Source: Camelus dromedarius (lineage: Eukaryota). Taken from it: a stretch of DNA of 64,000 bases. Positions 37,346 to 49,849 of the stretch are shown piece by piece. The stretch spans positions 13,764,001 through 13,828,000 of the forward strand of contig NC_087451.1 in assembly GCF_036321535.1 (NCBI RefSeq). Reading direction: 5' to 3'. The first letter of the stretch is position 1, and each line of letters starts with the position of its first letter. Below the pieces are notes generated by a model. That model was not told the origin of the DNA. It was given only the letters and a program-made list of their open reading frames with translations, and ran no database searches. The position numbers were made by a program, and so were the translations under genes.

Positions 37346-38121
37346 TTCTGTGTCTATTTTTAAAGCATTAGTGAAACAATGATTTGACTTCATTTGTCAG
37401 TATTCTCTCTGTTTACCAAGTGAGCTTAGAGCATCTGTTTTAACATATATTCATTTCAAGAAATAGTTATCTACTATTGGGTCAGAAAGATGTGTATGTC
37501 AAACTGATGCATGACAGTAGAAGGGTAAGAAGCGTAAATCGGAAATAATAGGAACATAGGAAGGTTGAATTCCAGTTATGGGAATTGCAGAAGGCTTCTT
37601 TAAGGTTGGACATGATTTAGGCAAATGGAGAAGGATGTGGAGAGGAGTGAGGAGGAGGCAGAAAAAAAAGACTTTGAAGGGACACATCAGCTGTATTCAG
37701 AGTAGTCCATTGTCTATACAGTGTGTATATGGGGCAGGGTATGGAGGGCATCGGAAGGGAGAGGGGAGTCTTGGGAAATAAGGCTGAAATAGTAGGTTGG
37801 GTAAGAGAAGCCATCACTGAAGGCCTTAATGAGTTTGAACAGTGAGGAGGTTTTTAAGCTGAGATTGATGTAATGAGATTTGTTTTAAAAATTTATTTTG
37901 GTATGAGAGATGCATTAGCGCTAGCAAGAATGGAAGCAGGAAAACCTGTTAAAAAGCATTTTAAAAAACTGTCTAGGCAATTTGAAACAGGGCAGAGGGA
38001 ATTGAAAAGATGAGACCTACAAGAGATGTAAGAAAGAATTGATACCAGTTGGCTCCACCCCTAAAAGCAGGACCTAAGGAGGAGTTGGAATTAACTGAGG
38101 TTCCATGTGTAAATGGTGATT

Positions 38122-39297
38122 CCTTCCTTCCCTTCCTTTCCTTTCTCTCTTTATTTCTTTCTTCCTTTCTTTTTTATTAAAATATAATCAATTTACAGTG
38201 TTGTGTTAGTTTCTGGTGTACAGCAAAGTAATTCAGTTTCATATATATATATGTATATTCTTTTCCATTATGGTTTACTACAGGATATTAAATATAGTTC
38301 TTTGTGCTATACAGTAGGACCTTGTTTATTTTATATATAGTAGTTTGTCTCTGCTAATCCCAAACTCCTAATTTATCCCTCCCCAACCCTGTTTCCCCTT
38401 TTGTAACCTTAAGTTTGTTTTCTTTGTGAGTCTGTTTCTATTTTATAAATAAGGTCATTTGTGTCTTTTTTTTTTTTTTCAAGACTCCACATATATGNNN
38501 NNNNNNNNNNNNNNNNNNNNNNNNNNNNNNNNNNNNNNNNNNNNNNNNNNNNNNNNNNNNNNNNNNNNNNNNNNNNNNNNNNNNNNNNNNNNNNNNNNNN
38601 NNNNNNNNNNNNNNNNNNNNNNNNNNNNNNNNNNNNNNNNNNNNNNNNNNNNCTGTCGGTGAACGTTTAGGTGGCTTCAATGTCTTGGCTATTGTAACTA
38701 GTGCTGCCATGAACATTGGGGTGTATGTATCTTTCTGAATTAGAGTCNNNNNNNNNNNNNNNNNNNNNNNNNNNNNNNNNNNNNNNNNNNNNNNNNNNNN
38801 NNNNNNNNNNNNNNNNNNNNNNNNNNNNNNNNNNNNNNNNNNNNNNNNNNNNNNNNNNNNNNNNNNNNNNNNNNNNNNNNNNNNNNNNNTATCCACACCT
38901 CTCCACCACTTATTATTTGTAGACTTTTTGATGATGGCCATTCTGAGTGGTGTGAGGTGATACGTCATTATAGTTTTGATTTGTGTTTCTGTAATAATTA
39001 GCAATTTTGAGCATCTTTTTATGTGCCTATTGACCCTCTGTATGTCTTCTTTGGAGAAATATCTATTTAGGCCTTCTGCTCATTTTTTGATTGGGTTTTT
39101 TGTTGTTGTTGTTGTTATTGAGTTGTGTGAGCTGTTTGTATATTTTGGAAATTAGTCCGTTGTTGGTTGCGTCGTTTGTTGTTTGCAAATATTTTTTCCC
39201 GGTCAGTATGTTGTCTTTTCATTTTGTTTGTAGTGTCCTTTGCTGTGCAAAAGCTTTAAGTTTGATTAGGTCCCATTTGTTTATTTTTGTTTTTGTG
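38122..39297 (-). mobile_element. 5'-truncated L1 with ORF2 C-terminal remnants, two internal N gaps (38498-38652, 38748-38889) and TSD
   Basis: Minus-strand peptides [30 protein letters not shown] and KINKWDLIKLKAF; aatggtgatt at 38112-38121 and 39298-39307; CT-rich decayed poly(A) tail. Confidence 0.85.
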
Positions 39298-39486
39298 AAT
39301 GGTGATTTCTTAACAGGGATAGAAAGGAACATAGGAAGGGAACCATGTTGCCCTTGGTTTTGGACAGCTGATTTAACATGTTGCCTTTTAGTCATCTGTG
39401 TTGTCCCCTGTTTTTTAGTGTGGGTCTTGCCCTCAGGCAGGGACAGAGACTTGAACAGAGCTGTGGAGTCAAGAATGAGACATGTT

Positions 39487-39595
39487 GGGGGAGGGTATAG
39501 TTCAGGTGGTTCTGGGTTCAATCTCCAGTACTGAAAATAAATAAACCTAATTACCTCCCCCAGCCCCCCCCAAATTAATTTAAAAAAGAAGAGTA
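39487..39595 (+). mobile_element. tRNA-derived SINE, camelid type, internally deleted
   Basis: ggggagggtatagttcaggtggt/tctgggttcaatctccagtac plus conserved tail; agacatgttg at 39478-39487 and 39596-39605. Confidence 0.8.
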
Positions 39596-39967
39596 AGACA
39601 TGTTGACTGAAGCCATGGGAATAGATGGACTCACCTAGGGAGATTAATTTAAATCAAAGAGAGCAAAATTTCCTCATTCCACCACAGCTAATCTCAGAGA
39701 ACCAGTTATTAATATTGTGAACCTGGCTTTTTCACCAGACCAAGTTCTTTCTTATTTCAGGAATTCAGAGATAAACCAGGCTCTATTCTTTTTTCTTTTC
39801 TGATTGAATGATGTTTGGTTTCTAAAAGGAAATTTTGTCACACGCTCTTCTACAGTTTTGCCACAATATGTACAGTTGGGTTGAAACTATACTTCTATGT
39901 ATATGTTTCTATATTATGACTGTATATTGAGAAACATGCATTTTTTTTTTTGGAGGAAAGAATTTGA

Positions 39968-40013
39968 AAATTACCAGTAAACTAAAATTTTGGAAATTAC
40001 CAGTAAACTAAAA
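39968..40013 (+). repeat. 20-bp direct repeat (period 26)
   Basis: aaattaccagtaaactaaaa at 39968-39987 and 39994-40013. Confidence 0.85.
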
Positions 40014-40531
40014 ATACATGTACTACTTTCCTATTCTTGTCCTCCCCACCCGCCATGCTTAAGCTAGTGATGTATTAAAATATAAACACTGGAATCAGGG
40101 TTTACTGGCTGAAGATACGAACTATTTTCAGGGGCTGAAAGCAGGGGAGGATCCCAGAGTGACTGGTTGGTAGCCTCTGTTGTTCTATTTCTGACCTGTA
40201 CAAATAGGTCTTGAAGTGGAGATGTGCTAGTCCTTGGCAACTAATATTTTCTGGGCATGTATTTTATGAACTAACAGGTATTTATATGCCTCATTCTTTT
40301 TAGGCCCATGTGTTTCTCTAGTTTAAAAATCATTTGCAAATAGAGATCTAGCTATCTTCATGTAATCCCTAGATATGTTTTTATCTTACACACATTGAAA
40401 ACATACACATGTATGGAGGCTTTTTTAATGCTCTGTATGGGAGGGGAGTGTCATTGTCTAGTACACTGTTACATGCCTTATGAAATAATTACACAGCCAG
40501 TTCTTAATTTTGAGGTTTTTCTTTTCAACAG

Positions 40532-40735
40532 GTTTTGCACTGATTGCAAAAATAAAGTCCTCCGAGCATACAATATCCTTATTGGTGAACTTGATTGCAN
40601 NNNNNNNNNNNNNNNNNNNNNNNNNNNNNNNNNNNNNNNNNNNNNNNNNNNNNNNNNNNNNNNNNNNNNNNNNNNNNNNNNNNNNNNNNNNNNNNNNNNN
40701 NNNNNNNNNNNNNNNNNNNNNNNNNNNNNNNNNNN
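40532..40735 (+). CDS. GGNBP2: GGNBP2 exon 7; 5' part visible to 40599, remainder inside N gap 40600-40803 (end coordinate inferred)
   Basis: caacag| then FCTDCKNKVLRAYNILIGELDC; end estimated from orthologue exon length of about 204 nt. Confidence 0.85.
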
Positions 40736-41808
40736 NNNNNNNNNNNNNNNNNNNNNNNNNNNNNNNNNNNNNNNNNNNNNNNNNNNNNNNNNNNNNNNNN
40801 NNNTTCCATCACCTTCCACCTCAGTACAGATGATACATGTATAATTGTGCCTGTAAAGATTTTGCTTTCTTTAAAATAAACATTTAATTGAGTTAAAAAA
40901 AAAAAAGGAGGAAGTGTCAGTCATCTGCTCCTTGTTGCTTGAAGTAGGTAGGCTGTTTTTGGCTTTCATTATTACAGATTATCATTTTCATTTGAAAATG
41001 ACTAGAAGGGGTTTTTCCCCCCACCTCCATCCATGCATTTCCATGTTTAGATTTTGCTCATAATGATGGTTTTTGCATAGGAATTGAGATCTTTGCAGCA
41101 GGGGGTTAAGAAATACTTTACTGAATGTAATTCATGAACTGTGTATATTATTATTAAATTATATAGGAACCTAAATTTTTATCTCTGTCTTTGTTGTAAA
41201 AATAAAATCAGAAAAAGTTGTTCATAGAATAAATTGAACCCATTTCCCTTTGTGTTTTGTGTGTCAACTCTCATTTGAGTGCCTACGTTCTGCTGGGCAC
41301 TGAGAATACAAACACTTCTTTTATCACTGAAGTTCGTGAACACTTTTACTAAAGATTGGCCTAGAAGACTTTTGCCCATGAGTGAATCACTTTGGCATTG
41401 CCTTTCTCCATTCCCTCTGGAAAAAAAAAAAAACAACACAAACCAAACAGGCATTTGCTGTAATTGGAAGGTGAAAGGAACTATCATGCCTCCTATGAGC
41501 GGGACACTTACTGTGGCTTCTCTGTGCCCCCCAAAAAACACTTCTTTTGAGGACCAGTTCCTGAATTACCTTATTTTTAGCAATATTAGGACTGAGTTCT
41601 ACCTGCATGTGTATGTCTCATTGGTTATATAAATGTGTGCTTGTGTATTTATATACACATTGAGTTTGAATGTATAACTGTCTTCTTACTAGTTTGTTCC
41701 TAGGTATGCAATTGTGTTTAAAACCTGAACTTGCAGAGGTGTTATCCATCTTTTACTGTTTTAGTTTAAGGGTGTTAGGAATTATGTGTGATTCATTCTC
41801 CTTTACAG

Positions 41809-41983
41809 ACGAAGAGAAAGGCATGCTAAGACAATAGATATAGCTCAAGAAGAAGTTCTGACCTGCTTGGGAATTCATCTTTATGAAAGACTGCATCGTA
41901 TCTGGCAAAAACTACGAGCAGAAGAGCAGACGTGGCAGATGCTTTTCTATCTTGGTGTTGACGCTTTACGCAAGAGTTTTGAG
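41809..41983 (+). CDS. GGNBP2: GGNBP2 exon 8
   Basis: 175 nt, ttacag| and |gtaaaa; RRERHAKTIDIAQEEVLTCLGIHLYERLHRIWQKLRAEEQTWQMLFYLGVDALRKSFE. Confidence 0.96.
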
Positions 41984-43062
41984 GTAAAAACGGTGGGCTG
42001 CTTCAGTGTCCACGATTGCTTAGTTAAGTTATTGGAGTGAATCTTAATGTTAGTCACTGCTCTTGGCTTGCCTTAGAGGGCTGTGATCCACTGGTCACGG
42101 CTTCTGGGGGATTAGGAGAGTTTGCTGGGGCACTGGAATTTAGAAGAAGTTTATGAATTTTTCTTTTTAATCCTGTTACTCTGCCAGTCTTGGTTTTTAG
42201 AGGTTGATGATTATTTGATGAGATGCTGCTATGAAACACAACTATTGGCAAGTTAGAATCAGCCCCAAAATAAGCAACACATTTGAAACATTTAATGAGC
42301 CCCGGTTTGCCTGCTTCTGTCCAATAGTAGGAAGTAAACGCTGTCTGAATGCCATGATGTAAGAGCTACTTTTTAGAAGCACACCGAAGGCTTTTTATAA
42401 TGCTGGGTATTGGGTTTAGTGCTTATGATTTCATAACATTTTTTTCAGTTATACTCTGTAGAACATAAATTTTTGGCCAGTGAATATCTTGTTATATTTT
42501 AGGATATGGTTGTAATTTTTAAACTGAGTCACCAGTCCCTTTTGAGAATGGTATGAACGCTATAAACCCTTTTTTCAGAAGCACATCCACAAACTTTAAA
42601 CACTGTTCTGGGGAGTTGGAGGAGCTTTGTGTTAGTTCTTGTTGAACAGATTTCTTATTCCTTTTCCGTTTGTACGTTTGTGTCTTCAGAAACCAGATTA
42701 TCTTATCAGTTTAGCTAGCCTTCTCATTGTGTGAAGAAATGAATGAATGTTTACTTTGCTGTGTTAAAAATTCTGAAATTTGAAACCAGACTATTGGTAG
42801 TTTGAAATAAAAGTATTGTGTAAGTCTGCCTTTCCCATAGAGATTTGTTGTATATTCACTTTCTGAGTATATTTTAGTACTCTGTCATCACTTAAGAGTA
42901 TTAAAATTTAAAATTCTTTGTGAGGACTACCTGGCAAAATTGCAGCATGAAATACCAGTTTCTGTAGGTGTGGTATCATTTAAAATTAACCAGTGAGAAT
43001 TTCTATGGAAAATAAAAGGAGGTTTGGGTCAGTATTCAGTCTCAACTTTGTTTTTATAACAG

Positions 43063-43257
43063 ATGACTGTGGAAAAGGTACAGGGTATTAGTCGATTGGA
43101 GCAACTTTGTGAAGAATTTTCCGAAGAGGAACGAGTGAGAGAGCTTAAGCAAGAAAAGAAGCGCCAAAAACGGAAGAACAGACGAAAAAACAAATGTGTA
43201 TGTGATATTCCTGCTCCCTTACAAACAGCAGATGAAAAGGAAGTAAGCCAAGAGAAG
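43063..43257 (+). CDS. GGNBP2: GGNBP2 exon 9
   Basis: 195 nt, aacag| and |gtagta; MTVEKVQGISRLEQLCEEFSEEERVRELKQEKKRQKRKNRRKNKC...VSQEK. Confidence 0.96.
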
Positions 43258-43483
43258 GTAGTATTCCTTAATATTGACTCAGAAGTGTATCGCTTTTTGC
43301 TAGATCTCAGTATTTTTACTGTGCTTTCTCGGAATATGGGCTCCTGTGGCTTGCATGTTGGCTTTTTTTCTTACTATAATCTGTGTGTCATGTGTTTGTT
43401 TTATAAAGACAGTGTTGGGTAGTTATTACCTGACCTTAGTATGCTGTTAGGTCAAAGTCCAGATGTGGAAATTTAACTCCTTG

Positions 43484-44890
43484 CAGTTCTCAACTTTTGG
43501 TTTAGGACCTTTTTACATTCTTAAAAACTATGGTGCCCAATGAGCTTTTGTTTATGTGGATTATACTTACAAGCATTTACTATATTAGAAATTAAAATGA
43601 ATAAATTTAGAATTACTTATTCTTTAAAAAATGAGCCCATTTCATTATATGTTAACATGAATAGCATTTTTTGAAAAATAACTGTTTCCTAAGAAAAGTT
43701 GAAAAGGATGGCATTATTTTGTATTTTTGCAAATCTCTTTAATATTTGGCTTAAAAGGAGTCAGGTAGATTCTCATATCTGCTACTGCATTCAGTCTGGT
43801 TGCGTATGTTGTGTAGGTTCCTTGGTTGAAGCATATGAGGAAAGTCTGGCCTCAGACAGATATGTGTAGTAGGAAAAGGGAGGTGGGTTTTAATGTAAAC
43901 CTTTGGATGGTTGTGGATATTCTTCTTTGGCATTATAACTTGACTGGTGGTAGTTTCTTAAAGACTAGTTGCTGTGAAACCTGACACCCTATCAGTGACC
44001 TTTCATACTCTTAAATTAAAATCCACTGGTCTATCTTGGCATTCTGAATAGATTTTACTCATGTATGGTTCTGTAACATCATGCATTGGTCATTTGAAAG
44101 ACAGTGGTTCACTGAGTTATGGAGATCTTCCCAGATATTGTCATTTCATTATGTAATATCAGATAATCATGTTAAAAACCACGACTGGTCTCATCAGAAA
44201 GGTCTTTAAGTATTGGGAAACTTCAGGCCAATTGTGCTTGTGTATGCAAGTTTTCAAAATTCTAATTGTAGTTTGAAAGTTTGGATTTTATCAGTGACAA
44301 CAAATATTTTCTGGTTTTTTTTTCCTTGAAGAGATGGACTGACTCATTCAGTTTGGAGAAATGTCTTTTAAATGTCCAAGTCTGCATAACCATAGTTTGT
44401 CTCTCATTCTTTCTTTCAAGTGAACAATCTCACTTCCAGGAAAAAAGCAGCTAGTTTAGCTTGCAACTCAAACAGTTGCACAGGTACTTTTCCTTGAGAC
44501 AACAGTGTACATTGGTATGCAGCAAAAGTGCTCTAAGCATTCTTCCCATTTGTCATAGACTAATAAAAAGACCCCTACTGCATGGGTTGGTATTTAATAA
44601 AATTAATATTTACTGTTTCATCAAAGACATTCATAAGTGAAATGTCCTTTTATTTATTTATTTCCTGATTACAGTGCTTGACAAGTGAAGAATATAGTAT
44701 CTGTTCATACACACCTTGATTACTACTGTCTTGGTTTGTGCTAAAGCATCAGCAACTTTTCCCACCGTTGCTTTTATACCATTAATATAAGTGCCAAGAT
44801 AGTGGAAAAGGCAAATCACATCTTAGTACTATGATGAAAATAGTTTTGATCTAGGGAATCCCTGGGGTCAGCAGACCACACTGAGAACTA
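43484..44890 (-). mobile_element. Charlie1a-like hAT DNA transposon, near full length (about 1.4 kb)
   Basis: Ends 'cagttctcaacttttggtttaggacc' and 'ggggtcagcagaccacactgagaac'; decayed transposase on minus strand (ctgcataccaatgtac...tctcaaggaaaa corresponds to the LHTEVRWLSRGK motif). Confidence 0.8.
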
Positions 44891-45095
44891 ATATCCTAGA
44901 CTTCCCTTGATACCATTAAGTTTTAACTTGCTTTTAGTTGGTTCTTGGTCTTAAAATGATTTTTCATTAGAATAGATTTTTTTTTTTAGCTTTTAACCTC
45001 ATAGCTCCTGTCTAATTGGCTAATGTTAAGAAAATTAAAATATAGCCATTACAGAGTTGAAGCTTTTTACTGTCTCTTAATATTGATTCTTAAAG

Positions 45096-45243
45096 GAGAC
45101 AGACTTCATAGAAAACAGCTGCAAAGCCTGTGGCAGCACTGACGATGCTAACAGTTGTGTAGAAGTAATCGTTACCAATGAAAATACATCGTGTACCTGT
45201 CCCAGCAGCGGCAATCTTTTGGGGTCCCCTAAAATAAAGAAAG
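45096..45243 (+). CDS. GGNBP2: GGNBP2 exon 10
   Basis: 148 nt, taaag| and |gtaagt; ETDFIENSCKACGSTDDANSCVEVIVTNENTSCTCPSSGNLLGSPKIKK. Confidence 0.95.
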
Positions 45244-45586
45244 GTAAGTAGTTTTAAAAAATTAACTCAAGTTTATTCTTTCTTTCTTTCTTTTAAATAT
45301 AAGAGCTTTTAGAGATTCTATAACCTAGAATTTAGGAACTGCTTTATGGCCGCAAGAATATTATATAATTTAGACACCTAGTATTTCCTTTTTCTTTATG
45401 GTATTTGATATGTTATTATTCAACAATAAAAAAAAGCCCTGTAAATCCCTGATCATATTTTCATTATTTAATTTACTTTTTACTGTTTCAATTTTGGAAT
45501 GTTTCTGTGATCCCCAGTTGGTTCACTCTTGGTCTTAACATATTTATTGGCATGTTAATTGTAGCTCTCACCTGATTTATTCTCAG

Positions 45587-45712
45587 GCTTATCTCCACAC
45601 TGTAACGGTAGTGATTGTGGATACTCATCTAGCATGGAAGGGAGTGAAACAGGTTCTCGGGAGGGTTCAGATGTTGCCTGCACTGAAGGCATCTGTAATC
45701 ACGATGAACACG
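45587..45712 (+). CDS. GGNBP2: GGNBP2 exon 11
   Basis: 126 nt, ctcag| and |gtaagt; LSPHCNGSDCGYSSSMEGSETGSREGSDVACTEGICNHDEH. Confidence 0.95.
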
Positions 45713-45794
45713 GTAAGTTCAGATTAAGCGTCCCAGTTACTTCTGCTGCATAGCTGATTTAAGCACATAAATAAGAGATTATTGATTTCTGCAG

Positions 45795-45943
45795 GTGATG
45801 ACTCCTGTGTTCATCACTGTGAAGACAAAGAGGATGATGGTGATAGTTGTGTTGAATGTTGGGCAAATTCTGAAGAGAACAACACCAAAGGAAAAAATAA
45901 AAAGAAGAAAAAGAAAAGCAAGATGTTAAAATGTGATGAACAT
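45795..45943 (+). CDS. GGNBP2: GGNBP2 exon 12
   Basis: 149 nt, tgcag| and |gtaagt; DDSCVHHCEDKEDDGDSCVECWANSEENNTKGKNKKKKKKSKMLKCDEH. Confidence 0.95.
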
Positions 45944-46452
45944 GTAAGTGTCATAACTTGGAACTTTTAAACCTTTGACATGTTGAAGGGAGAACAGCCT
46001 ATTTTCCTTAGAGTGGCAAGTGTTTACAGCTTAGCTGCTAGGATGTTTATTTTTTAGAATGAGTACCTTTTGGTTGCTCATCTTGTAATTTTTGTATTCG
46101 TATGTGTCTAATGTGGTCATTTGTCCAGTACAACATGTGAGTTTCATTCTTTTCATAATAGTTTTAAATGTATCAGCTAACCTTGAGCAGCTTGCTTGAT
46201 CTCTTTCTCCATCTTTAAAATGGAGATAATAGTCTCTATCAGATTAGGATCCGTGAAGAGGAAATGAGATTATATTGATGGGTTAGCGTAGTGTTTGGTG
46301 CATAGTTAAGTGCCTAGTAGCTGCCAGCTGCTGCTGTTCAGTATTCCTGCTAAAATCTTAACACACTGTCAGGGATTTTTTTTTCCTTTAAAAATTAGTA
46401 ATTGCTATTCCCTGCCTTTTTAGCCTGAGAAATCGTTTTGCTGTGGTTTCAG

Positions 46453-46701
46453 ATCCAAAAGCTTGGAAGCTGTATTACAGATCCAGGTAATCGAGAGACC
46501 TCAGGAAATACTGTGCACACAGTGTTTCACCGTGACAAGACCAAAGATGCACATCCTGAAAACTGTTGCAGCTCTGAAAAGGGTGGGCAGCCACTGCCTT
46601 GGTTTGAACATAGGAAAAACGTAGCACAGTTTGCAGAACCTACAGAAACGTCATTTGGTCCTGATTCTGGAAAAGGTGCCAAGAGCTTAGTTGAACTCCT
46701 T
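46453..46701 (+). CDS. GGNBP2: GGNBP2 exon 13
   Basis: 249 nt, ttcag| and |gtaagt; IQKLGSCITDPGNRETSGNT...GKGAKSLVELL. Confidence 0.95.
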
Positions 46702-47737
46702 GTAAGTAAACCATTATATCTTCTTGTGGATAGCTGACTGATTACAGGGTATATGTGGGAGGGGACAGTATTTGAAAGTTTAAAGTTGGGAATAGGAGGA
46801 AGCTTTTAAGAAATTAGGGGCTGTGTTTCATTGTTTTTTGGTGACTTCATTCCTGCTCTTCCCCTTGTGGTCTACGCACCTGCTCTGGAGCATGTTCCTT
46901 TGTCTCAGAGGTAGGTAGAAGAGACTAGTTGGGAGAGGGGATAGAGTTAGTATTATGTATAGGAGTCTGACTTCTTGAGGAGGGTTATTATAAGCAAACT
47001 GACTTTCTGAGTGACAATTTGCGGTAGCCACTCTTCAGAACAGGAAATAATACAGAATCTGAGCTAGAACCCACATTCTAGGTTACTTCCTTTAAGTGTC
47101 ATATATAATAAAAACATAACGGAACTTGGAAAATCTTTTATAATTGACTCCAATTCTTGGTACTTTAGATGAAGTGTACCTGATTCCAAGCAACCCAGTG
47201 CATAGTTTGTGTGAGACTTGGAAGAGGGGCAAGGAAGGAGAAGGGTGGTATCTTTTTATAGTCATTACAGGATCTTAAGGGAACCAAATCCTTTAGAATA
47301 CTATTTTTTTTTGTAAAGTTTAATGGTGATGCTCTGTGACTTACAAGTTTAAAAATGTTATATTTTACTTAATTTGTAGACATAAAAGTTGCAACATAGG
47401 AACAGCTAGAGATAGGTTTGATTTTTTAAAATTTGGTGGCTGGTTGTCTAATTAGTCATGTTTTAAGGCTAAATAAGGTGTGTTGGTAGTCTGCTAGTAG
47501 GCTTCTAGAACAAATTGTAGATCTAGAGTTTCACATCAGGTTGAGTTGCATTTTATTCTTACTAAGTAAGACCAAATGACATTATGTTTATCCTGTAAAC
47601 ATTCCAATTAAAGGCTTTATGTGACTGAATTGAAACTACAAAGTTAGCCTGCTTTAATTTTTAGCTGTCCTCCATCACATAGTATTTTACATTCCTAATT
47701 TAAGTCATAGTCGTGACTACTTTAAACTGCTTTAATT

Positions 47738-47997
47738 NNNNNNNNNNNNNNNNNNNNNNNNNNNNNNNNNNNNNNNNNNNNNNNNNNNNNNNNNNNNNNN
47801 NNNNNNNNNNNNNNNNNNNNNNNNNNNNNNNNNNNNNNNNNNNNNNNNNNNNNNNNNNNNNNNNNNNNNNNNNNNNNNNNNNNNNNNNNNNNNNNNNNNN
47901 NNNNNNNNNNNNNNNNNNNNNNNNNNNNNNNNNNNNNNNNNNNNNNNNNNNNNNNNNNNNNNNNNNNNNNNNNNNNNNNNNNNNNNNNNNNNNNNNN
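47738..47997 (+). other. GGNBP2: Assembly gap (260 N) inferred to hide the last GGNBP2 coding exon; 3'UTR resumes at 47998; second gap 48150-48393 probably hides the poly(A) site
   Basis: Terminal DESECTSDEE...TAGAN segment is absent from called sequence; about 204 nt of CDS fits the gap; the following sequence resembles the recalled GGNBP2 3'UTR. Confidence 0.75.
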
Positions 47998-48710
47998 CCT
48001 TCTCTTTCAAAAAACTCTTAATTTAGTGACTTATGACAAAATTTTATCTTAAATCAATGTGATTCTTTCTCGTTTTGGGGGATGGTGGAGGTAACCTCAT
48101 TAGTTTGTTCTTTCTTCAGGCTTGTGTCTTTAGTTGTGCGGCTGCGCAGNNNNNNNNNNNNNNNNNNNNNNNNNNNNNNNNNNNNNNNNNNNNNNNNNNN
48201 NNNNNNNNNNNNNNNNNNNNNNNNNNNNNNNNNNNNNNNNNNNNNNNNNNNNNNNNNNNNNNNNNNNNNNNNNNNNNNNNNNNNNNNNNNNNNNNNNNNN
48301 NNNNNNNNNNNNNNNNNNNNNNNNNNNNNNNNNNNNNNNNNNNNNNNNNNNNNNNNNNNNNNNNNNNNNNNNNNNNNNNNNNNNNNNNNNNNNGTACATG
48401 TTTCTACTTACTGTGTGGCAGTATTTTAACTTGCCACCTGTGGTCTTTGTACTTGGCCCCTGTTGCTGTTAGAGAGGATGAAGAGCAAATGAGGACAGAG
48501 ACAGAGATTGTGGAAGACAAAAAAAATTCTTCCCTTAATCAGAGTTGACAGCTGAGAAAAGCAGTTTCCAGTCTTTTGTTTTGAAAGAATAAATTTGCTG
48601 CAATACCTTTAAATACTGGGTAGCATCATACTTCCCCATGAGGCTTTTAATTGCTATTATTAAAAGTTCCTTGATACATAACATAAAGCACCTTAAATTC
48701 AGAGATTCTT

Positions 48711-48828
48711 GGGGAGGGTATTATAGCTTAGTGGTAGAGTACATGCTTAGCTTGCATGAGGTCCTGGGTTTAATTCCCAGTACCTCCATTAAAATAAATA
48801 TAATTACCTCCCCCCAAAAACAACAAAA
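48711..48828 (+). mobile_element. tRNA-derived SINE, camelid type, 10-bp TSD
   Basis: tcagagattc at 48699-48708 and 48829-48838; A and B boxes present. Confidence 0.9.
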
Positions 48829-49849
48829 TCAGAGATTCCTATTGAACTAGAAGAATGAAAACAAAACTTGGCAGAGTTTCAACCAAGGGTTGCCTGTTAA
48901 GTAATCACTCAGTGCCTAGACAACTGGGATCAGAAGGCTGCCCCGAGAGCTAACGACATTGCGATTTGTGTGTGTGTTCCTTATCTGGTTTCCAACAATA
49001 AAGGCACTATGGTATTAGAGTTTGCTGCTTTCACAAGCTGTCTTTGGATACCGAAGGAGAGATTCCCCTAGGAGTAGCATTTGGCTGCCATTTAAAAGGT
49101 TGAGTCAGTAGTTCAGTAAACACATATGCTTAGAGCTTTGTGTCTGCATGTCGATAATACTTGGTGGGCAACAAACAGTGAGCCAGTCAATATCTCTGTG
49201 CAGTGGGGATGGAGTGAATTTTATGGGCCCTCTGCCACTTAATCAGATGTCTAATCAGATTTCAGGTGGGCAAAAGTAGAAGCTTAGTGATTTAATTTTT
49301 GTAGTTGGTGACTTTTTTTGGATTCACCCGCTGAGTTGTCTTCAAATCAAAGTGTTGTATAGGGATTGGGGCAGAGATAAAATGAGTCATTCCTTTCTGA
49401 CCCTTGTTTGCTTTCATCCTGGAATCCATAAAAAATGACTAAGGGTCTCCCACAGTCCTTGGCTCTGAGCCCAGTTTCCACTACCTGTTGCAGTCTAGAT
49501 TTCTCTTGAGATCCCTAAAAGAAAGGACTGGTTTTGTTTTGTTTTAATCACTGCCTTTAGGGCCAAACACAGGAGTGCTTGGTGGACAATTAAACCAGCA
49601 ACATTCACTGCTTATTCAATTGCTTGCAGTAGAGGGATTCCAGTAGTTATGCAGAGATGTTTTCTCTTCGGAAGGATGACTATATTAAGAACACCAGAGT
49701 GAGGCAGTTTTCAGTGCTTTGATGGAGTATCTTTCGTGGTCAGAGAGCAAAATGAGTTCTACTTTGAACAGAACCAGCAACCCAAGAAGAGACAAAAGGG
49801 AGAATGCAATGAAGGCAATTTAGGAACACATCCCCTGGCCTAATATTGG

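Noticed and set aside
43258-43422. ORF tails past exon donors (also 26021-26128, 46702-46737, 53912-53992, 57169-57384, 60520-60577)
   Set aside because: Simple read-through of exon frames into introns.
45117-45122. One fewer Ser in GGNBP2 exon 10 than recalled human (ENSC versus ENSSC)
   Set aside because: In-frame single-codon difference in a low-complexity region; probably ordinary lineage variation.
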